Shown: positions 1 through 10,273 of the stretch, in pieces
Numbering within the stretch: position 1 is the stretch's first letter
How the letters are laid out: every line of letters begins with the position of its first letter
Virus record (IMG/VR): IMGVR_UViG_3300050021_000294
Span: 1 to 60,288 of that record
Direction: 5' to 3' (one strand)
Source of the DNA: a virus
Lineage: Duplodnaviria; Caudoviricetes
DNA length: 60,288 nt
Position numbers and translations under genes: made by a program
Notes under the pieces: model-generated
Told to the model about the DNA's origin: nothing
What the model saw: the letters and a program-made list of their open reading frames with translations, nothing else
Database searches by the model: none

Positions 1-71
1 ATTTACGCAATTGTTAAGGCTGTTTAGGGTAGAGTCAGTGTGGCTCACACCTTGCATATCGGGAACATCCA

Positions 72-1658
72 ATGCTCATGTCTCCAGACTTATTTCTCGA
101 TTGCATCCTCTATATCATCAATGACAAAACGGAGCAATCTCGCAATCTCGTTCGTGAATTAGTTAATCTTTATGAAACAGATGCCCGCAATAATGCAACG
201 ATAGACAATGACATCGTACGTTTTTATATTCGCATTATTAAAACCATTATGGATACGGGTGTTTCAAAACAAAATCCAGATGAATTACGAATGATTTTAC
301 TGAAGTTTCAGTCAGATGCTGTATTATCAAAGCGTACTGAAATTTATAAACTATTAAACGATACATTTATGTCAACAGAACTATTGACTGAAGAAAAGCG
401 CTTACAGTATTTTGAACGTATTCAAAACGTTCTTATCATGTATCGCTGCAATAAGATGGCCGGAAAGTTTTACGGTGCGCTTGCTAAAGCTGGGGATATG
501 ATCAATCCATTTGATCAAATAAAAGAATTGCGTAAACTTTCTGGTATTGCCAAAGAAGTTGAAACGGCTTTTGATGATACAAAATCATCTAGTTCTCAGG
601 GTATTTCACTCATTGATAAGATTGATTTGTCCGATAAAGAATCTATGAAAGTGGGTTTGGACAAATATAAAGAACGAGCGGTATCTGGTGTTGTGCGACT
701 TGGTCTACAAGGACTTAATCGCATACTCGGAAAACGTGGTGGTCTTACGCGTGGGGAATCTTTAGTATTCTACGCACTTCCCCATCATTATAAATCTGGT
801 ATGTTGATGAGTGTTGCTGGATGGATTGCTCTCTACAATACACCCGTTTTAAACAGAGAAGATGCTGGAAAGAAGGCCCTGGTTCTTCTCATATCACTTG
901 AGAATGAAGCCTATCAAAACTTTGTTTGGATGTTTCGTCATTTCTACCAAACAATCAATCAGATGTCATCGGACCATATGACAGATGAACAAGTTACCGA
1001 TTGGACGTATACTGCATTTTCTGCCAAAGGTTATTCATTGATTATTGAACGCCATTTACCTTCAAAGTTCAACTATCCCCAATTTGTTGAAACTGTTGAA
1101 CGGTATGAGAATTCTGGTTATGTTGTTGTTACAGCATGTCTCGACTATCCCAATCTTATGGCAAAAGATGGAATTACAGCAGAACCTGCCGGACGACCCG
1201 ATCTTGCCGTGCGTGCTCTCTTTAGCGCATTATGCAACTATACCAAAACCAAAGGCATTACCTTTGTTGGAGCACATCCTCTCCATCGCGATGCTAAGAA
1301 GATTGCCGCTAGTGGTATTGTCAATGTCGTAAAACGCCTTGATACGAGTCATTTAGCTGACTCATTTGATGTGGCTCGTGAAATCGATGTTGAAATCTTT
1401 ATTCACATTGAACGAAACTTAGAGGGTGCTGTATATCTAACAATGCAACGTGGTAAACATCGTTATGTCGACGATACTCCAATTGCACACCAGTATACCG
1501 CATATCGGTTTCATCCTATCTACGGTATCAGCGACGATTTGTTATTACAGGCTGAATTTGTATCGGACATATACTCAGATCCCCGTAGTTCTGAAGGCAT
1601 GCACGGGATTCCAGATCAACCCCACGAAACTGATATTGAAGAAGTTTTAATCTTCTAA
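72..1658 (+). CDS. dnaB: DnaB-like replicative helicase (phiKZ-type)
   Basis: LGLQGLNRILG..GGLTRGE, then the atypical Walker A ALPHHYKS typical of phiKZ-like helicases; LLISLEN, CLDYPNLM (Walker B) and QRGKHR motifs. Confidence 0.88.
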   Translation: MLMSPDLFLDCILYIINDKTEQSRNLVRELVNLYETDARNNATIDNDIVRFYIRIIKTIMDTGVSKQNPDELRMILLKFQSDAVLSKRTEIYKLLNDTFMSTELLTEEKRLQYFERIQNVLIMYRCNKMAGKFYGALAKAGDMINPFDQIKELRKLSGIAKEVETAFDDTKSSSSQGISLIDKIDLSDKESMKVGLDKYKERAVSGVVRLGLQGLNRILGKRGGLTRGESLVFYALPHHYKSGMLMSVAGWIALYNTPVLNREDAGKKALVLLISLENEAYQNFVWMFRHFYQTINQMSSDHMTDEQVTDWTYTAFSAKGYSLIIERHLPSKFNYPQFVETVERYENSGYVVVTACLDYPNLMAKDGITAEPAGRPDLAVRALFSALCNYTKTKGITFVGAHPLHRDAKKIAASGIVNVVKRLDTSHLADSFDVAREIDVEIFIHIERNLEGAVYLTMQRGKHRYVDDTPIAHQYTAYRFHPIYGISDDLLLQAEFVSDIYSDPRSSEGMHGIPDQPHETDIEEVLIF

Positions 1659-1716
1659 CCGAGATCTGAGTGGATCTCGCTAGAGCTTATCTGATCTTTG
1701 ATCAGATAAAGTTAAC
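1656..1716. repeat. GATC-rich double-hairpin repeat unit, copy 1
   Basis: TAAC-CGAGATC..GATCTCG-CTAGAGC-TTATCTGATC-TTT-GATCAGATAA-AGTTAAC; the same architecture occurs twice at 21663-21779. Confidence 0.85.
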
Positions 1717-1793
1717 TAAGAAAATCGTATATTTGTTTGTTGTAACAATAACATTTAGCAGTTGATCTAGTGGTATCTGAATAATAAAAAACA

Positions 1794-1808
1794 CAGATTA
1801 TATATTGT
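1794..1808 (+). promoter_or_regulatory. early-promoter-like motif (degenerate)
   Basis: CAGATTATATATTGT, a variant of the recurring YAGAYATATATTAY motif. Confidence 0.45.
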
Positions 1809-3070
1809 ATAGCACCAACTCATATCATTTATTTTTTGGTGGATATCTGATTGTCAGCACTGATAATGCCATTTCAGATATTTCTACTCTAAACCAGGTT
1901 TGTCGTGCGTATTCCGATCAACTGCTAAAAAATAAAAAAAAGGCGCACTGTCTGATGACAACTTCCAATTGTCTAATTGAGTCGGAAACCACTGTTGAAA
2001 CATGCAATGAACCTACAATTCGTATGTTCAAGAGTGATCGTGGATATAATATCAACATCGGTGAGATTGCTAAAGCGATCTACGAGCAATCCATTGAAGC
2101 AGTTCGGTTTATTGACATTCCGTCTATCGTTCGCGAACAACGTCGGGGAACTGATGTTTCTGATACCCCCACACTCTCAGAAGTTGGCGTTACCACCGTT
2201 TCTTCCGCCACCGGATTTCAGTTTTGTCAGGTGGTTGCCGGCACAGATGCGCGTCCAATCAGCATCGACAATGTATTGTTTGTGAGTAACGATCCGGCCA
2301 ATACCGGGATCAATCACGGCACTGGTGGTGTTGAGATCGGTAGCTATTTTGGTCTCGGTTGGAAACGACGTTCTGATAGCATCACATTGATTTATCGTGT
2401 GATTAGCTGTGAAGAATACATATCCAGCGAAGCACAGCCACCCGATCGCAACAATCGTCCAGCTCGACCAATTGCCAAGTTGACATGCGTACTTGATGGA
2501 CATTCGATGAGAACTTGGCGTGGTATTAACGGCGATGTGCCAAATTCTCTGGCAGCACTCCACAGTGCAGTTGAAGAACGCATGAAGTCGGATTATAATG
2601 TCCCGGTTTATATGGACATGATTCGGATGATCAGCAGCACTGAAGCAAGCAGAACAATTGCTGAGCAGATGAAGACGGAACAATTTGGGATGGTCAAATC
2701 ATACGACCCAGAGACGTTCCGTCGCGAAGTGTATGATGAAGTCATGGCTATTCGGAATAGTCAATATTCCAAACTGCCGACTGGCGCTGACGTGAAGCGC
2801 AAAGTCAGTCCATTGCATGCTGTCGAGACTATCGAACTCGATCGTGAGCAAAATTCTATTACGGTTGAAGTGGTGATCCCGCGCGACGACGGTGTTGCTC
2901 CTGTACACTATCAGACGATTCTCACCCCTGAGAATTTCTTCGATCAAGATGGGCGCGTTGTGCTCGAACGCGGACTCGTTTTAAAGAGTTCATCCTTTGA
3001 GAAGTTTCGGACCGAACTTGAAAGCCGTCGGGATTCAATCATCTCGGTACACTTGACAAGCATCCGCTAA
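1805..3070 (+). CDS. hypothetical protein (true start probably downstream of 1805)
   Basis: Long ORF between a promoter-like motif and a hairpin; no recognisable motif. Confidence 0.7.
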   Translation: MYSTNSYHLFFGGYLIVSTDNAISDISTLNQVCRAYSDQLLKNKKKAHCLMTTSNCLIESETTVETCNEPTIRMFKSDRGYNINIGEIAKAIYEQSIEAVRFIDIPSIVREQRRGTDVSDTPTLSEVGVTTVSSATGFQFCQVVAGTDARPISIDNVLFVSNDPANTGINHGTGGVEIGSYFGLGWKRRSDSITLIYRVISCEEYISSEAQPPDRNNRPARPIAKLTCVLDGHSMRTWRGINGDVPNSLAALHSAVEERMKSDYNVPVYMDMIRMISSTEASRTIAEQMKTEQFGMVKSYDPETFRREVYDEVMAIRNSQYSKLPTGADVKRKVSPLHAVETIELDREQNSITVEVVIPRDDGVAPVHYQTILTPENFFDQDGRVVLERGLVLKSSSFEKFRTELESRRDSIISVHLTSIR

Positions 3071-3081
3071 GCAATATTGCT

Positions 3082-3113
3082 CTCTAGGATCAGGCATCTG
3101 CCTGATCCTAGAG
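3082..3113. terminator. bidirectional hairpin terminator
   Basis: CTCTAGGATCAGGCA-TC-TGCCTGATCCTAGAG between convergent genes. Confidence 0.75.
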
Positions 3114-3123
3114 CAGTATACAT

Positions 3124-3936
3124 TTAAGCTTCGAGTAATCTACGAATCACCAACACAAAATTATGCTCAATTCTTTGCATCGACTCATATACCACACCGA
3201 GCATATCCAACTGAACACTTGCTGTCATAACGAGTTTATAAAGTGACCGTACTGCAACTTTATCAACTGGAGTCTTTTGTTGTTCAAGTGATGTAACAAG
3301 AGTATCGATGATCTTTTCAATCTTATCTAAATCATTACAAATACTTTCTGCTTTTTGAAAGATAGCATTATAACCAAGTATGTGTTTGTCAATTGCAATA
3401 AGTTCATCAAAGGAAGAGATGACTGTATTAAGTGGGACCTCTAGTGTTTTATCCGCAGTAAAAATATGACGAAGACTTGTTTCAACAGAATCTTTAGTTA
3501 CACGAGCAATGGCTTTTGTTGTATCTTCTGCTGGTAACAAATGTCCGGCAGTATTAACTGCAGAAAGATATGCTTGTAATGTTGTAATTGTATTTTCAAT
3601 TGCAAGAGTCTTATATAATTCTTCAACTATAGTGGTAGCCTGTAGATAACCAACCTTCATTCCAGATGGAATGGGTATTGACAAATCGATGTTAAATTGT
3701 TGATGCTTAAAGAATTGATTGAGAAGGAGTATATGAGATTCATGATAGGTCAATAATTCAGAACGTTTGAATTTTTTATTAAAACCCACAAGACTTGTTT
3801 TAAAATTATTGAGGATTCTAGCGAATCCATCAAAGAGTCGAAGAGCGAAGTCAAATGATTCGATTGCTTCACTGTGGGTGATGGGACAGTCGAGCTGTTC
3901 TAAGGCAAAGTACGAGACATTTAGATCATGTGCCAT
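3124..3936 (-). CDS. putative virion head/internal protein
   Basis: Helical protein with N-terminal ALE/AIE sites resembling prohead-protease cleavage motifs of phiKZ head proteins; ATG 3936 chosen because the longer ORF overlaps the divergent uvsX region. Confidence 0.5.
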   Translation of the reverse strand: MAHDLNVSYFALEQLDCPITHSEAIESFDFALRLFDGFARILNNFKTSLVGFNKKFKRSELLTYHESHILLLNQFFKHQQFNIDLSIPIPSGMKVGYLQATTIVEELYKTLAIENTITTLQAYLSAVNTAGHLLPAEDTTKAIARVTKDSVETSLRHIFTADKTLEVPLNTVISSFDELIAIDKHILGYNAIFQKAESICNDLDKIEKIIDTLVTSLEQQKTPVDKVAVRSLYKLVMTASVQLDMLGVVYESMQRIEHNFVLVIRRLLEA

Positions 3937-4062
3937 GGTGATATTCTTAGTCCCGATCATTCTTCTATATAATAGCTCGAATGCCTTTGATTGAATATTT
4001 ATTCGAGGCTGAGATCTTATGACATAGCACAAATACATTTCTTCTCAATAAGGATCGACATC

Positions 4063-5481
4063 ATGGGTCTTTTGGATTCGATAGATTTTAAAGAAAGCGC
4101 ATTCCAACCTTACTTGAACACCGGAACATTACTTGATGTTCAAGCAGGCGTATTCATTCCAGGTAGTCATGGTGGTATGATTTTAAATGGTGGATTGAGT
4201 ACCACCAATGCAGTTGTTGGTAGAGAACAAATGTTCAAGTCTACCGAACTCATGTCTTACATTGTACGTGCAATGAAACACTATCCTCAATCTGAATGTT
4301 TCATATATGACACAGAATATGCTCAGAAGAAAGATCGATTGATTAAATTTTCAACTTTTTCAGATTATAACACGTTTGATGGTCGCTTAAAGATTTCCAC
4401 ACCAGCTGAAGAAACAGCAGAAGAATTTTTTGAAAAAGTTAAAGCTATGTGTGCTTATAAGCTTGCCAATCCAAAAGACTTCATGGTCGATTCTCCGCTA
4501 CTGGATCCCCGCACCGGAAATCCCATGAAAGTCTGGATTCCAACCTTTGTTGTATTCGACAGTTGGTCTGAAATGACCTCTGGTAATGTACAAGGCATTC
4601 TTGAAACAAAAGTTCTTGGATCTTCAGATACTAATATGATATTTATGAAAGATGGCATAATCAAAAAGATGATGTTATCTCAAATTCCTAGATTGGCCAC
4701 AATGGCTGGTGTATACTTTATGATGTCTGCACATCTTGGTAATAAGTTCGAACTCAATCCTCGGGTGACATCTCCCAAAAGTCTACCCTTTATGAAAGCC
4801 GCTGACAAACCCAAAGAAGTAGGATCAAATTTTAACTTCTTAATGTCAAACTATCTCGAAATGCGCAAAGTTGAAGTTTTGGTCGATGATAAAATACCTA
4901 TCTATCCAACAGACGGATCGAGTGATTCAGAACTTAGTGAAGTAACCGCTATCATGTTGCGGTGTAAGAACAACATGAGTGGAACATTGCTACCGATGGT
5001 CGTTAGTCAAACCTCAGGCATCATGTCGGATTTGAGTAATTACAATTACATTCGTAAAAACGAATATTTTGGATTACTTGGTAGTAAAGTTCACCACAAA
5101 CCAGCTATGACAGATATTAGTGTTGGACGCACCACTATCCGAGAGAAGCTAAATGATCCAAAACTGGCACATGCGATTGAACTGTTGGCTCAGTTATGTT
5201 ACATCCAAAACAATTGGGTTCAATCTCCGGGTGCCGAAGTTAACTTTTCTATGAAGCCCGAAGTTCTTGCTGAAAAACTATTAGCAAGTGATTCTCCAAC
5301 GACATCCGATATATTGGAAAGTCGTAGTTGGTGGACATACGATAAGACAAATAAACAACCGTATCTTTCACTTTACGACGTTCTGGCAATCGCACAAGGT
5401 GTTTACAAAGCCAAAGGTGTCTCACTAGCGGGTCTTGTAGTACCGAAGCCTTCAGTTGTTACATCTAAAAAAGCAGTCTGA
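4063..5481 (+). CDS. uvsX: UvsX/RecA-like recombinase
   Basis: LNTGTLLD, Walker A GREQMFKST, YDTE, VVFDSWS; AAGGA RBS before ATG 4063. Confidence 0.85.
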   Translation: MGLLDSIDFKESAFQPYLNTGTLLDVQAGVFIPGSHGGMILNGGLSTTNAVVGREQMFKSTELMSYIVRAMKHYPQSECFIYDTEYAQKKDRLIKFSTFSDYNTFDGRLKISTPAEETAEEFFEKVKAMCAYKLANPKDFMVDSPLLDPRTGNPMKVWIPTFVVFDSWSEMTSGNVQGILETKVLGSSDTNMIFMKDGIIKKMMLSQIPRLATMAGVYFMMSAHLGNKFELNPRVTSPKSLPFMKAADKPKEVGSNFNFLMSNYLEMRKVEVLVDDKIPIYPTDGSSDSELSEVTAIMLRCKNNMSGTLLPMVVSQTSGIMSDLSNYNYIRKNEYFGLLGSKVHHKPAMTDISVGRTTIREKLNDPKLAHAIELLAQLCYIQNNWVQSPGAEVNFSMKPEVLAEKLLASDSPTTSDILESRSWWTYDKTNKQPYLSLYDVLAIAQGVYKAKGVSLAGLVVPKPSVVTSKKAV

Positions 5482-5494
5482 TAAGACCATAATA

Positions 5495-5526
5495 CTAGTG
5501 GGGATCGCCATAGCGATCCCCACTAG
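5495..5526. terminator. bidirectional hairpin terminator
   Basis: CTAGTGGGGATCGC-CATA-GCGATCCCCACTAG between convergent genes. Confidence 0.75.
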
Positions 5527-5539
5527 GTTTGGTAAATAC

Positions 5540-5881
5540 TTAATGTGGGACTGTATAAATCGGACATTTACGATCTGATTTAATCCAAGCTGCTTCTGAT
5601 AAATGTAATTGTGATACGGTATCTTCAATGGTATTGAGTTTATTGACAGAAGTATCTAACATATTATTTTGCAAAATAAGTTTTTGTGCAATAACATCTT
5701 GTTGAACTGTCACTGCTACTAAATTGGGATTGTTGCTTGAAGTTGTAGATGCTGTAGATAGAATGGGATAGTCTAAAACTAGAAAATGGTACCCTGTATA
5801 AATAGCTGAAAGAAAACCTAAAACGGCGATAGTTTCACGGAAGGATGCATATAATCCACCAGCTCTTGGAATGAGCATCAT
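5540..5881 (-). CDS. small membrane-anchored coiled-coil protein (possibly lysis-related)
   Basis: One N-terminal hydrophobic helix then a heptad-like segment; AAGGAG RBS. Confidence 0.55.
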   Translation of the reverse strand: MMLIPRAGGLYASFRETIAVLGFLSAIYTGYHFLVLDYPILSTASTTSSNNPNLVAVTVQQDVIAQKLILQNNMLDTSVNKLNTIEDTVSQLHLSEAAWIKSDRKCPIYTVPH

Positions 5882-5920
5882 GACTTAAACTCCTTTTTGA
5901 ATGGCCATATGATAGCCTCC

Positions 5921-5951
5921 ATACCAAGTGGTCGTGAAGACCACTTGGTAT
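5921..5951. terminator. hairpin terminator after nrdJ
   Basis: ATACCAAGTGGTC-GTGAA-GACCACTTGGTAT. Confidence 0.7.
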
Positions 5952-5983
5952 TTCGGTTTAGCGAGTTGAATATTTAGTCGATA

Positions 5984-8383
5984 CTAGATCGGACAAATAC
6001 CCGAAGCACACTGGAGATGAACCAAATCAATTTCTTCGTTGTCGTTCTCAACTTTGATATTTTGAACAAGTTCCACAAATCGCTCCAATGAAACTTCTTC
6101 TTCTGGAAGATACTCATATCCCATTTCAGCATCGGATTTACTTGGAAGAATAGCACAACATCTGACAGTGGATTGATGCTCTCGCACGATAGTACGAAAC
6201 GCTTCTACATCAAAGTTATTGGTCAATACTTTCAGTGTGTAGCTTATCTGATTTCCTCTATCTTTACCGATCCAATACTTTTCTAACAAACGCAACCATT
6301 GATATTGATCAGATGGAGATGCCTCACTGGCGGTAACGACACGTTCACCAATACCAAGACGAACCAATAGAGGTACTGTTGGAAATCCAACAATTGTCAT
6401 TCCTTGGAAAGTCTTAAGCCCTCGCATTGGATATCCTTGGGATTCGTATTCAGCAAGTCGTGGATCGGAACCAACATCCCATTGACGAGTATCTGAATTT
6501 TGAGTACCTTTAAATTGAACCCAACGAAGATATTGACGACGGGCTGGTAGGTGAACACCTTCAGTTAAACCAAACAATTTCGAGGTAGATCCGGCCGGTT
6601 TCACAGTCGTTACAGTAATTGGATCATTCATTCCTAGAAATTCAGAATATGAACAACTCTCATCTTTAGCTGCAAATGAAAAACGCTCCATCATGTTCCA
6701 GAATGGTGCTGACTTGATAGGATCTAGTAGATCATTAAAATCATAACCAAACCGCATCCAAGCATATTCATGTAATCCAGTTGGACCAATACCAATACGG
6801 TTGGTACGAGCAATTTCTTTGCCATAAAGGGCATTCATCGTATTGACACGAATCAGAAATCTTACACCCAATCGCACAGATTCTTCGATACGATCGTCCC
6901 ATCGCTCAGCCCACTCGTCTGAGATTCCTCCAGGTTCGAATGTCATCAGATCAAGCGGACAGGCAAGTAGTGGGGCAAAATCAGCAATGACACATACGCC
7001 ACCAGCCACATGGAGCGAAATTTCGGAGCATGGATTAGTGGTTACAGGGAATCTAGACACTGCACTTCGACGAGTCAGTTCTGCTAACAGGCCACATGCC
7101 TCATCAACATGATAACGATCACTTTGAAAATCTTCACCATTTTCATAAACTGGACGATCCCTGGCACTACCAGTACGATGGTCTTCGAGTTTATCGACAT
7201 TGATAAATCCAGGTTCGCCATTTACATACGCACATAGCGTTACTTCGTCGAATACGGCGTGGGCATGAATAGACAGTGGATCGTCGGTTGCTTCTGCTTG
7301 AACCAGTGACCAAAATGTCTTATCGACCATTACCGAATGATTGGCAGTCCACAGTCCACCTTCACTCTTGATTCGAATAAATGCAAGAATATCACGATCG
7401 CGCCAACTTTTGGTTGCCATTCTTGCAGCGCGACGTGCTCCACCAACCTGAACTTCAATCGAGAAGTAATGGTCGATGCGCAATGCTTGTTCCCAGAGCC
7501 ACATTTTAGACTTAGCCAACATGACATGATTGCGAAGATTCAAGAAAGCGCGCATCACGGAAACGGGGCCGGAAGCTGGACGGTTTTGCATTCCACCGAT
7601 GGGAGCACCTAATCGACGAATATGTGAGAACTTTAACAAGAGAGTCTTATTACTCTCGTGTCGGAAGGCCATTGCTTCGAGAATCTCGACTGCTTTACCC
7701 CATCCCTCACGACTGTCGGCGATGTCGTGTTGGATCGTATCTGGCGGAATACTGGAGAGGTCTGATACAAAATTATTTGCAATATATTGGCGCATAATAC
7801 CAGTTGGATCGGTTGTAGTACCATATGGCAATATACCGAGATCAACACCAAGTTGACATTGTGATTTGACATCATGGGGATAATCAGGATGTTCTGGGGA
7901 TAAATATAACAACAACGTTGGTGCGGCTTGCCAGTCCACAACGATAAGTTCGTCATCATACGAACGACCGACGCCTGCGCCATTCAGTAACAAATAGAAC
8001 TTAGCAAATGTGGTAATGGCTGTGGCGCAATTCGAGAAAACTTCGATATTTCTTAGGGATTGCGACATATCTCCATGTTGAAGATGTCGACCAGAAGTGA
8101 GCAATGCGCCAGTAGCGATAGCATTGCGCAATTGCTTCTGTTCATTACATTCGTCATCCATGAGGGGATGACCCAGAAGACTCATATTACCAGCAGCTAC
8201 GCGATCTGCAACACGTCCAAATGACTCATCATCACCTTCACGAAACACAGTACGACGAGCAACTGCAATGCCCATACCCGGATCTAAAGTTCTGGAGGTT
8301 ACTGGTATATGACCAAAATGATTTGTTGCAATAGTCGACGATATCGACATTTCCGATTCGGACAATTTCATCGCATAGTTCAT
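5984..8383 (-). CDS. nrdJ: class II (adenosylcobalamin-dependent) ribonucleotide reductase
   Basis: FSNCAT, GAGVG, VGGARRAA, TNPCSEI radical Cys, RIGIGPTGL, TTVKPAGSTS and C-terminal CASGICPI redox pair; no radical-generating small subunit adjacent. Confidence 0.88.
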   Translation of the reverse strand: MNYAMKLSESEMSISSTIATNHFGHIPVTSRTLDPGMGIAVARRTVFREGDDESFGRVADRVAAGNMSLLGHPLMDDECNEQKQLRNAIATGALLTSGRHLQHGDMSQSLRNIEVFSNCATAITTFAKFYLLLNGAGVGRSYDDELIVVDWQAAPTLLLYLSPEHPDYPHDVKSQCQLGVDLGILPYGTTTDPTGIMRQYIANNFVSDLSSIPPDTIQHDIADSREGWGKAVEILEAMAFRHESNKTLLLKFSHIRRLGAPIGGMQNRPASGPVSVMRAFLNLRNHVMLAKSKMWLWEQALRIDHYFSIEVQVGGARRAARMATKSWRDRDILAFIRIKSEGGLWTANHSVMVDKTFWSLVQAEATDDPLSIHAHAVFDEVTLCAYVNGEPGFINVDKLEDHRTGSARDRPVYENGEDFQSDRYHVDEACGLLAELTRRSAVSRFPVTTNPCSEISLHVAGGVCVIADFAPLLACPLDLMTFEPGGISDEWAERWDDRIEESVRLGVRFLIRVNTMNALYGKEIARTNRIGIGPTGLHEYAWMRFGYDFNDLLDPIKSAPFWNMMERFSFAAKDESCSYSEFLGMNDPITVTTVKPAGSTSKLFGLTEGVHLPARRQYLRWVQFKGTQNSDTRQWDVGSDPRLAEYESQGYPMRGLKTFQGMTIVGFPTVPLLVRLGIGERVVTASEASPSDQYQWLRLLEKYWIGKDRGNQISYTLKVLTNNFDVEAFRTIVREHQSTVRCCAILPSKSDAEMGYEYLPEEEVSLERFVELVQNIKVENDNEEIDLVHLQCASGICPI

Positions 8384-8558
8384 TTTGGTCAGACCTTCGT
8401 ATTTACATAGTTACAGGACGAAATCTCTGCTATTGCTGTGATATTTCTACCGAACATGTAGTTCTCCGCTAATTTTTTGGATGCATAAGATGGTCATTGG
8501 TGGGTCTTTTTATAAGTATTTTGCTTAAAAATACCAGCTTTAATTTGTTGACAAAACC

Positions 8559-8590
8559 TAACACACAGGGGATTAATCCCCTGTGTGTTA
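8559..8590. terminator. perfect palindrome/terminator
   Basis: TAACACACAGGGGATTAATCCCCTGTGTGTTA at the end of the tail-fibre operon. Confidence 0.7.
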
Positions 8591-8596
8591 TCTCTT

Positions 8597-9178
8597 TTAT
8601 GGTATCGAAGCAGGTGGTAAGGGAGCCACCCAGGCACCTCCAGCCAATCCAACGGTAAGTGCTGTAATCAAAGCATCGTCATAGAGAGCAATGGTCTCAG
8701 CAAACGCCGTAAATTCTGTAATAGAGGGAAACATATGTGGCGTTCCCGAACTATCCAACCATCCACGTGTGGTTTGTCCATTGGTAAATTTACTGGTGTT
8801 TGTAATATAGACTTGTTCGCTTGTGATACGTCCGAGACTGGTCTGATCCAATGCATAGGTGCCATTGAGTGTCGGAGTTCCCGTACTCGTAATAGCCACT
8901 CCAGCAGCAATAGCTGCATTATATGCAGTTTGTGCTGATTGTGCCAATGTTGGCGGAGGTACAACGGGTGCCACAGGTGCTACTGGTGGAACGTATGGTG
9001 CAATCGGAATAGTGGTTTGGTTGGCAATGATTGAAACATAGAGTGCGGAGCCGGAAGCATCTGGATCGGTAGAACTTGCAGTGTACGGAATGCTACCAAA
9101 AACCGGATGACTAACAATACAAGAAATGAATTTACCATCAACGGTTATGTATTCTGGATTTGAGTATGCCCAGGTCAT
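8597..9178 (-). CDS. tail fibre assembly/chaperone protein (DUF4376-like C-terminus)
   Basis: HPVFGSIPYTASSTD N-domain, Pro-rich linker, GVAITSTGTPTLNGTYALD..WLDSSG..F.AFA domain; directly downstream of a tail-fibre gene. Confidence 0.65.
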   Translation of the reverse strand: MTWAYSNPEYITVDGKFISCIVSHPVFGSIPYTASSTDPDASGSALYVSIIANQTTIPIAPYVPPVAPVAPVVPPPTLAQSAQTAYNAAIAAGVAITSTGTPTLNGTYALDQTSLGRITSEQVYITNTSKFTNGQTTRGWLDSSGTPHMFPSITEFTAFAETIALYDDALITALTVGLAGGAWVAPLPPASIP

Positions 9179-10204
9179 TTATGCAATCCTCAAAATAATC
9201 ATGTTGGTAGATGGTTGACTGCTGGTGTACGAATTGAATTGTCCACCTCCGGCATCATACCAGCTGATAACGCCTGGATTATACTTGGCTGATACAGAAA
9301 CCCATGTACCACTTAGGGGGACAGTTCCTATTACAATAGGACCTAGGCTATTGTTACTAACGGGATCAATGGCATATGGAATGTTGGCGCTGGTGGTACT
9401 TACTGTATTAGAAATCCATGCCGACCCCGAACCATCTGTAACAAGGGGCCCTGCAAATGTAGTACCGATGCCAAATTGACCAGCTGCATTATATTGGGCA
9501 TAAGTTCCTACAGCACCTTGTGTAGTAACCACTGAGGTATTGACACCATCAGTACCATTTGTACCGGGAGCACCATTCGTTCCGGGAGCACCAGGTGCAC
9601 CGTTTGTACCGGGAGCACCAGGAGTACCCGGAGGTCCAGTTAGATCGCCAGTAACGACAATTGTTCCACCATTACTAAGCGTTAGTGTCAGAGTACCACC
9701 CGTAACACTAGCTGATGCAACAGAAATACCACCTGTAACAGTCAGAACACCACCAGCAAGTGTAGCTCCAACAACAGAAGAAACTGGACCGGCAGTCCAT
9801 TCACCGGAACCACTTCCCCCAGCAATGGTTAGTACGCCGCCAGCAAGTGTAGCTCCAACAACAGAATTAACAGTACCAGCCCCCCATTCACGAGCAGGAA
9901 GTGCCGCCACTGCTGCTGTGATCGCTGTGGAAATAGCAGTTGTCATTTCTACAGTTGTAACAACACCAGAAGCATCGAGTACTGCCATTTGTGATACAAA
10001 TGTAGTGAGTTCATTTAATGTTAAGAGTACTGGAAGTGCCGAGTAGAGAGTTACACCATCGCCCATTTTAAGAACTGTGGTATCGACGGCATAAACAACC
10101 ATTCCAAGCGGAACTGGAATTAATATAGAATTCCAAACCGCCTGGGTGCCACCAACAAATTGCGTAACTGCATCAATAACTGTAAGATTTGGACTACCAC
10201 TCAT
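9179..10204 (-). CDS. tail fibre protein with collagen-like repeats
   Basis: N-terminal DTTVLKMGDG anchor shared with 11296-13062; duplicated W.AG.V.SVVGATLAGGVLT motif; (GXY)n GPPGTPGAPGTNGAPG; ends MIILRIA. Confidence 0.75.
   Translation of the reverse strand: MSGSPNLTVIDAVTQFVGGTQAVWNSILIPVPLGMVVYAVDTTVLKMGDGVTLYSALPVLLTLNELTTFVSQMAVLDASGVVTTVEMTTAISTAITAAVAALPAREWGAGTVNSVVGATLAGGVLTIAGGSGSGEWTAGPVSSVVGATLAGGVLTVTGGISVASASVTGGTLTLTLSNGGTIVVTGDLTGPPGTPGAPGTNGAPGAPGTNGAPGTNGTDGVNTSVVTTQGAVGTYAQYNAAGQFGIGTTFAGPLVTDGSGSAWISNTVSTTSANIPYAIDPVSNNSLGPIVIGTVPLSGTWVSVSAKYNPGVISWYDAGGGQFNSYTSSQPSTNMIILRIA
9753..9866. repeat. 27-nt exact direct repeat (87-nt period) inside the tail fibre gene
   Basis: CCAGCAAGTGTAGCTCCAACAACAGAA at 9753-9779 and 9840-9866. 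Confidence 0.85.
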
Positions 10205-10273
10205 CTATATTCCCCTAGTGCGAATTCCATAGAATGATTTAGTTTGGACTGAGGAGTTGTGGGTAATGGGTGG

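Noticed and set aside
5984-5986. TAG stop-codon reassignment, as in some jumbo phages
   Set aside because: nrdJ ends with TAG exactly after its canonical CxxGxCPI terminus, and core genes are intact in the standard code
8384-8558. Cobalamin riboswitch upstream of nrdJ
   Set aside because: No recognisable B12-box or GGGAA core on the minus strand
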